DNA of 64,000 nt from Arcobacteraceae bacterium (GTDB taxonomy: Bacteria; Campylobacterota; Campylobacteria; Campylobacterales; Arcobacteraceae), in contig JBLWVX010000005.1 of NCBI GenBank assembly GCA_048268245.1, positions 42,186 to 106,185 on the forward strand, read 5' to 3'. A model generated the notes under the pieces. That model was not told the DNA's origin, did not search any database, and saw nothing but the letters and a program-made list of their open reading frames with translations. Each line of letters opens with the position of its first letter. Position 1 is the first letter of the stretch. The position numbers and the translations under genes are program-made. Of the stretch, positions 61,714 to 64,000 are shown one piece after another.

Positions 61714-61845
61714 GCATAACAAATCCTTGGAAGAAGAACAAGTGAAAACGGCGATTTTTCAATCTTCAAAGATTCAATTAGATAAGATATTAAATCAAAA
61801 GTGACAAGTTATTAGTTCACTTGTCCTTCAAGTCAGTCGTTAGAA
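61714..61845 (+). other. attC site 2 (132 bp)
   Basis: R'' GCATAAC, arms CCTTGGAAGAAGAACAAGTGAA...TTCACTTGTCCTTCAAGTC, R' GTTAGAA; outer arms resemble attC1. Confidence 0.88.
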
Positions 61846-61994
61846 CTCCTATAAACTCTAAATTTTGGAAGAAAATCAGAAAATCTTACTTATCGACTTT
61901 ATAAGCTTTATGTAGAGATATAATTTCTTCCAAAAAGTGTTCAAGAAGTAAAATTTATAGATTCTCTAAAATCAGACTTTTTGAACAATAAAAA

Positions 61995-62684
61995 CTACTT
62001 TTTGTAAACTGCAAAGAAATGTGGTACACTTGGTACTTGGTCATCATCATAAGCTAAAAAACTTTGCTCTTTTAGATTTTGTACTGTTATGAACTCATCT
62101 ATTTCTGATTTACTTAAAGGTTTTGGTATTTCATCTTCTTTTTCATGTTCACCTCTACTTCTACATGAAACTAAAATATATCCACTTTTTGAAAGAAGTG
62201 AAGTCATAGAAGTTCTTGCTTTTTTTCTATACGCATCTGGCAAAACTTGAATAGTATTACACTCATAAACTACATCAAAACTCTCAACCCATTCCTTTGG
62301 ATAGTCAAACAAATCAGCTACTACAAACTGAACTTTTGTATTTGGGTATCTGTTTTTACAAAGCTCTATAGCTTTTGGTGAAATATCAAAAGCAACAACT
62401 TCAAAACCAAACTCACTTAAAGCCTGAGCATCATCACCAACTCCACAGCCAATAACACAAGCTTTTTTGTTTGGCTTGTTTATAGAATTTTCTTTTAGCC
62501 AGGATACAAGATAAGGACTTGGTTCTAAATCAGCCCAAAATACCTTCGTATAGTCACCTTTGGCACTCTCATAAATATGGTCAAACCATTGAGTTGGTTT
62601 GTCTTCTTCATAATAAGACTTAACCATATCTTTGTACTTATCTGCTTCAAAAGTATCTTTGTTTAGAAAATCAAATTCATTCAT
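61995..62684 (-). CDS. Class I SAM-dependent methyltransferase (TPMT/TehB-like)
   Basis: ACVIGCGVGDDA motif I, AFDISPKAI, FVVADLF; start moved to MNEF at 62684 for RBS spacing. Confidence 0.88.
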   Translation of the reverse strand: MNEFDFLNKDTFEADKYKDMVKSYYEEDKPTQWFDHIYESAKGDYTKVFWADLEPSPYLVSWLKENSINKPNKKACVIGCGVGDDAQALSEFGFEVVAFDISPKAIELCKNRYPNTKVQFVVADLFDYPKEWVESFDVVYECNTIQVLPDAYRKKARTSMTSLLSKSGYILVSCRSRGEHEKEDEIPKPLSKSEIDEFITVQNLKEQSFLAYDDDQVPSVPHFFAVYKK

Positions 62685-62761
62685 AATCATATACCTTTTG
62701 TTTTTGAGTGATTTTAGCAGTAGTTTTCTTAATGGTGCTATGTATTGACCCGTACAGTCGA

Positions 62762-62790
62762 TTGACAATAGTTCTATAATGCTATATAAT
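62762..62790 (+). promoter_or_regulatory. Consensus sigma70 promoter of the toxin-antitoxin operon
   Basis: TTGACA (62762-62767), 17 bp, TATAAT (62785-62790). Confidence 0.8.
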
Positions 62791-62818
62791 TAATAAAGTA
62801 ATCACAGAAGGTTAAAAA

Positions 62819-63028
62819 ATGGGAAGAAATGAAATTTTTGAGGAAGCATTAGATTTACATGTTACTGAAAAGTTTTTACTTATAGAAGAACTTTTAAAAA
62901 GTCTTGACAAACCTGATATTGAAATAAATAAAGTTTGGGAAGAAGAAGCTCAAAAAAGACTTGATTTATATAAACAAGGAAAAATAGAAGCTTTATCTGA
63001 AGAAGAGTTCTTTTCAAATGAACATTAA
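62819..63028 (+). CDS. Addiction-module antitoxin
   Basis: Acidic 69 aa; EALDL...LIEELLKSLD...WEEEAQKRL..YKQGK pattern; overlaps the toxin start. Confidence 0.85.
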   Translation: MGRNEIFEEALDLHVTEKFLLIEELLKSLDKPDIEINKVWEEEAQKRLDLYKQGKIEALSEEEFFSNEH

Positions 63029-63308
63029 ATACCTAAAACTAGCAAAATTAGAATTTGATGACTCAAAATCTTATTATGAATTGCAACAAAAAGGTTTGGG
63101 AAAAAGCTTTGAAAATGAAGTGAGAAATTCTATAAACAGAATAAAAAGATTTCCTAACTCATATCAAAAAATCTTCAATGAAATAAGAAGATGTACACTA
63201 CATAAATTTCCTCACAATATATTATATACACAACAAAAAGATTATATTTTAATAATTGCGATTGCACATCAACATAGAAAACCTGATTATTGGGTTGGTA
63301 GATTATAA
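63018..63308 (+). CDS. RelE/ParE family type II toxin
   Basis: YYELQQKGLGKSF, IRRCTLHKFPHNILY, IIAIAHQHRKPDYW. Confidence 0.9.
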   Translation: MNIKYLKLAKLEFDDSKSYYELQQKGLGKSFENEVRNSINRIKRFPNSYQKIFNEIRRCTLHKFPHNILYTQQKDYILIIAIAHQHRKPDYWVGRL

Positions 63309-63429
63309 AAGTATTGATTCATTGAAAGCATTATTTAATATAATTTAATATTAAAATGATTTATTATCTAAAAATAATATATTTTATACTAAAATTCCAT
63401 TAATAATAATAAAATATTGAGAGTTTGAT

Positions 63430-63699
63430 ATGTCTATAAAAAATGATGATAATCTTTTAGAAGAGTTAAAAGAGATAATTTTACTATTAAAGAGTTCTAC
63501 TGAAAAAGAAACTACAAATAGTAAAGCTTTTGAAATGAAGGTTATTGAAGAATACTTTAATTATAAAAGAGAAGTATTGGAGTATGATCTAAAAGAAAAA
63601 TGGTACAATAAGTATAAAAGTTATATTTTTACTATTACTATACTTTCTTCATTTATTTTAATTCCGTATATTTTAAAGTTATTAAATGTCATCAAATAA
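63430..63699 (+). CDS. Hypothetical protein with C-terminal TM helix
   Basis: 89-aa ORF with weak GAG RBS and hydrophobic C-terminus. Confidence 0.55.
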   Translation: MSIKNDDNLLEELKEIILLLKSSTEKETTNSKAFEMKVIEEYFNYKREVLEYDLKEKWYNKYKSYIFTITILSSFILIPYILKLLNVIK

Positions 63700-63997
63700 A
63701 GAAATATTTATTAATTACTTAAATAAATCAATTGAAAAGCAGATTGATAAATCTTTAGATATTTATCTTTGTATTGGTTCAAGTTATTTTGAAGATGAGT
63801 TAAAAGAGTATATTATAAACTATGATACGATAGATTTTGAAATTAATTTTTATGAAGAAATATTTGAAAATTTAGATTTGAATTATCACAAAATTCATTT
63901 ATTTTTCAGAAACGTCTTATTTGAAAAAACAGCTTCTTTTAAAAATTTAACTCTTGAAAAATTAGAATTTAGAGAAGTTACTTTCAGAAAAATGTAG
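63686..63997 (+). CDS. Hypothetical acidic protein
   Basis: 103-aa ORF overlapping the previous ORF by 14 nt; no recognisable motif. Confidence 0.5.
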   Translation: MSSNKEIFINYLNKSIEKQIDKSLDIYLCIGSSYFEDELKEYIINYDTIDFEINFYEEIFENLDLNYHKIHLFFRNVLFEKTASFKNLTLEKLEFREVTFRKM

Positions 63998-64000
63998 GCA

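Larger units (their letters stand above)
59120..61845. mobile_element. Chromosomal integron: intI, attI and two complete cassettes
   Basis: IntI divergent from the array; each cassette's starting GTT core is the exact complement of the R'' box of its attC (GTTAGCT/AGCTAAC, GTTATGC/GCATAAC). Confidence 0.92.

Noticed and set aside
61262..61845. Similar repeats that might be a CRISPR array or REP elements
   Set aside because: Only two units, about 132 bp long, with R''/R' boxes next to intI; these are attC sites and no cas genes are present
62685..62768. N-terminal extension of the methyltransferase in the ORF track (and similar extensions of rplX, rplE, aspS and the ORFs starting at 10971, 37450 and 44298)
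   Set aside because: Downstream starts have properly spaced SD sequences and match family N-termini

Overview
Very AT-rich bacterial chromosome window. Gene content and sequence style point to Campylobacterota, most likely Arcobacteraceae (inference). The first 6 kb is the distal S10/spc ribosomal-protein operon (rpsQ to secY-map-infA, no rpmD), closed by a terminator after infA. From 6 to 42 kb lie housekeeping and signalling genes: UDG, aspS, a cytoplasmic double-Cache/CheW protein, YgiQ, adk, alr, uvrC, a SRAP protein, a PnuC plus kinase pair, a CheY-CheC-diguanylate cyclase module, tRNA-Pro(TGG), lactate permease, two tandem ankyrin paralogues, an MCP and two chimeric deletion scars. From 42.5 to 57.2 kb is a urea-utilisation locus: three phosphorelay genes, urtABCDE, and ureD-ureA(gamma/beta fused)-ureC-ureE-ureF-ureG. 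From 59 to 62 kb is a chromosomal integron with intact intI, attI, a MarR+SRPBCC cassette, a second cassette with no conventional gene and two attC sites, followed by a methyltransferase and a RelE/ParE-type toxin-antitoxin pair. Best leads: (1) the second integron cassette has its own promoter, a long 5'-3' RNA pairing and a 49-aa ORF, resembling a type I toxin-antitoxin or structured-RNA cassette; (2) the SRAP/YedK homologue has Pro in place of the catalytic N-terminal Cys; (3) a candidate urea-sensing phosphorelay has a perfect 11-bp tandem box at the urtA promoter. All calls come from reading the sequence; no searches were run.
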